DNA from: Rhizodiscina lignyota
Taxonomy: Eukaryota
Reading direction: 5' to 3'
DNA: 64,000 bases
Assembly: GCA_010015805.1 (NCBI GenBank)
Contig: ML978131.1
Location: 868,001 to 932,000 of the forward strand
Below the pieces are notes generated by a model that ran no database searches, was not told where the DNA came from, and saw only the letters and a list, made by a program, of their open reading frames with translations. Positions 62,745 to 64,000 of this stretch are shown one piece after another; within the stretch, counting starts at the first letter, position 1, and the number at the start of each line of letters is the position of its first letter. A program made the position numbers and the translations under genes.

Positions 62745-64000
62745 CGAAATCAATGAGATCAATTTAGAATAGCCTTCAGAACATGGAATGAGGACAGAGG
62801 CAGAAAGGAATTTTGGACCTGGGATGAAATGGCACACAAACAAAGCAGTTGCGGTCGAAACATCGTCGCAAAATCAGAACGATGAGGAGTATTGCGGCTT
62901 CCGTTATTGGATTGTACATAATTCAATGCTGCAGTGGTCCTTCCAATTATTTTGTGATCTTTGACAATGAAGCTGGATCTACTTGCGTGATTTAGATGGT
63001 CGATGATTTTTCACCGTTGAAGCCCCTAAACTCCTGATTTTCTGACTCTGCCTCGCCTGAAAGTATGTAAGGAATGCCGGATATGTCGACTAAAATCGCT
63101 TCCTTCGACGAATCGCGCTTATTTGCGGAGTTGGAGACTACTTTAACGTTCAACTCACGGACCTGAAGCAATGTCAGCACACCAGTGAGACACAATGATA
63201 TATGCAAGGAAAAAGAATATGGACAGATATCTGGGCGCTCCTCAAAACTATGATTGAGAAAAAGGAGTGGGAAAGCCTCGCCATCCGAATTGCAACAGAC
63301 CTAACCATGATTAGATCCATGATCGGGCAATCCAATATGGACAGACCAACGCATGTAACGTATAACAAATGCATTGAGTACTTCCGCGATAAGCATTTTA
63401 TGTATATCAATACATCAAACAGGGGTGCTCCGATGAAAGACGGCCGCGTCGTGACGATGCTCTCCTGGAAGACAAAGGATGGCACCAATGAGGGGCTACA
63501 GGAGCCATTTTTATGAGGGATAAAACAAGGCACTGAAGAGGCAAGTTGAGTGCCAGCACATAATTGAATAGGAGGTCAACCTCCACGCGCGATTTAGAAG
63601 GTTAGGAAGTGTACTGAACCAAAAGGAAGGTATCAATTATCGTTGACTCTAAATTTTCGGGGTCGGGTTCGTAGGTATCCTAGATGATCCCCCTAAATTT
63701 GGGTAGGGTTAGGGTTACGATTTGAACCTGCGAGCTTTCTTGCTTCCTCTGTATCCCTTGGACGGTCTTCTGAAAAGCACCGTGTTCCACCGATGGATCC
63801 TGTATGCGCATGAAGCTAACCATTGAAAGCTTCCAGGTCACCGTAGTCTTTCGCGCGAGCTGACTCATCGTTCTTAAGGCTTCATGTTTCATATCTTCCA
63901 AATCTTACGGAGTTAGCACTCCGTCTACCTTTTCCATTGAAAGGATGATGCCGCTTCAAAGCCTTTCGGTTCCTGACGAAGACCAGGCGCCATAATTCTG

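Noticed and set aside
63700..63717. GGGTAGGGTTAGGGTTA telomere-like motif (similar CCCTAACCC at ~22724)
   Set aside because: Only about two TTAGGG units, too short to call an interstitial telomere.
62992..64000. Minus-strand ORF fragments at the window end, possibly 3' exons of a gene starting outside
   Set aside because: No recognisable domain, and I could not build a consistent exon chain.

Overview
This is eukaryotic genomic DNA from a filamentous ascomycete (Pezizomycotina-type genes, short GT-AG introns with CTRAY branch points). Conserved genes include ARO1 (pentafunctional AROM), RPB6, an EAF-domain elongation factor, a dynactin actin-related protein (Arp10/Ro-7 type), TIM23, phospholipase D1 and a cNMP-binding F-box/LRR protein. 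Accessory genes lie between them, several disrupted or missing catalytic residues. These are a GH76 missing one catalytic Asp, a frameshifted GGCT-like gene, a HET gene with one premature TAA, a repeat-tailed pseudokinase, a PAP-RBD-like+MJ1316 protein and a kinase-Sel1-ankyrin fusion. The most coherent candidate novel module is at 52.8-57.8 kb: a Upc2-like Zn2Cys6 factor beside a head-to-head pair of secreted alpha/beta hydrolase paralogues, one a pseudogene. Their shared promoter has eight CGTAT cores in about 200 bp, including two perfect TCGTATA (SRE) sites. I saw no rRNA, tRNA, CRISPR array or intact transposon. All family calls come from motif recognition by eye; no database search was run.
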